A stretch of DNA of 64,000 nt. Source: Phoronis australis. Its lineage: Eukaryota; Animalia; Phoronida. The position numbers were made by a program, and so were the translations under genes. Where the stretch lies: positions 245,074 through 309,073 of the forward strand of contig NMRA01000442.1 of NCBI GenBank assembly GCA_002633005.1, in the 5' to 3' direction. Positions within the stretch are counted from its first letter, which is position 1. Each line of letters begins with the position of its first letter. Shown in pieces: positions 62,829 through 64,000 of the stretch. The notes beneath the pieces were generated by a model. It was not told the DNA's origin and searched no databases. It saw nothing but the letters and a program-made list of their open reading frames with translations.

Positions 62829-63837
62829 CTGCAATAGAAACAAAATGGATGCACTTGTCTTGTTAGTTATAATGTCCGACGGAAATAGAGACAATTTACT
62901 CAAGTTGCATCATCACGTCAAGTGAACTTTTTTCTTCACCAATCACGCACAGAGCTAAACATCAAAATCCGTCTGCTGTGCAGTTCACTGTAGGTCTAAC
63001 GACAACAAGACCGGGAAGATAGGGTTTATCAGTTGGCGTAAACAGTGAAGCTTAGCCTTGTGAGACATTATAGGATAGCCACTTCCTCAATGACAGCACT
63101 CTCAAGATTCTGCAGTATTATTAACCACAATGCAGGCACTTGCCCCACAGTTGTGTGCCCTCAACATCAAAATTGGTCCATCATTTGTCATACTAAAGCC
63201 AATAAAACTTTTACTGTTCCATAGCCAGTTGTAACGCTACTAATAATTATTAATCCAACAAAAACTTGAAAAACTTAGTGAGATGTGATTAATTGTTCTT
63301 AAGTTTGTCAGCCTAGTCAATCATACGATATGCTTTTCTATTTCTGCAAAAGGGAAGAGTTGAATTCGGGATGGGGAAGTTGTCGCATGAGACCAAGAAC
63401 TTGTGCTGCCATCTATTGGATGAGAGGACAACCTTTCTCTTGCATAAAAAGCTTAAGAATTTATCTTGTTTCAAGATGAAGTTCTTCTATGAGTTTGTAC
63501 ATAAAGGAAGAAATGTCCATTTTTAGTTTAAGTGATCAATGTTACAGTACACATTCTTATTCATGAAAGTACTTCATTTTGGGCACAGCTATTTGAAATC
63601 AATGGAGGGTGATAAAACAGTTTTATTAGCTGCCACCACAAAGAAATTCGTTGAATCAAATATACAGCGACCTTGGTTGTCCCCCGCAACAAACACCAGT
63701 CACATACAAAAGTTCAGCTGTTTGTGATGACAGTTTCTGAATTTACAATCTGCAAAATGAAAACTTAAGATGCTTTACCCCCTCAAGATTATAATTTTTG
63801 CGGTATTCAGGTGGAAAAGATTAAGAGTTCTATGTAA

Positions 63838-64000
63838 CAGGAATGACCAATGACAAAAAACGCGGAAACTTTTAAGGCCCAAATCATGCGCGCTACCCAG
63901 CCTTGAAATGGTCGATGTGAACCTTTCCCCGACAAAAATCGGGAGGACTAATTAAAAAAAAAACGTTACCACCATCAGTACCATGCGTCTGCGTCCTTTT
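63838..64000 (+). mobile_element. Second copy of the 49918-50397 MITE family, running off the window
   Basis: GGAATGACCAATGACAAAAAACGCGGAAAC...CGTTACCACCATCAGTA.CATGCGTCTGCGTC matches ~49926-50062. Confidence 0.8.

Noticed and set aside
62930-63830. Additional upstream UNC79 exons
   Set aside because: Candidate AG-bounded frames near 63110 hit stops and show no recognisable similarity; next exon presumed beyond the window

Overview
AT-rich, intron-containing animal genomic DNA with three assembly gaps; it looks like an invertebrate, but the species cannot be identified from sequence alone. The + strand carries a tandem array of five SLC16 (monocarboxylate transporter family, MFS) genes. Gene 1 is divergent, lacks its first exon in this window and has one extra intron; genes 2-5 are closely related 5-exon copies with intact spliced ORFs of about 538-570 aa. 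The - strand at the right end carries exons of UNC79 (NALCN channel-complex subunit). Three of these exons occur twice around an N-gap, probably as uncollapsed haplotypes. I found no further UNC79 exons to their left, so the whole SLC16 array appears to sit antisense inside one very large UNC79 intron. Spacers and introns hold many non-autonomous elements: TA-, TTAA-, 6-bp- and 7-bp-TSD elements, a tRNA-derived SINE with a fold-back hairpin, and Penelope and Academ-like relics. Helentron-type (HINE) elements between the genes carry ~145-160 bp tandem units, each with a CTCF-like motif in the same orientation.
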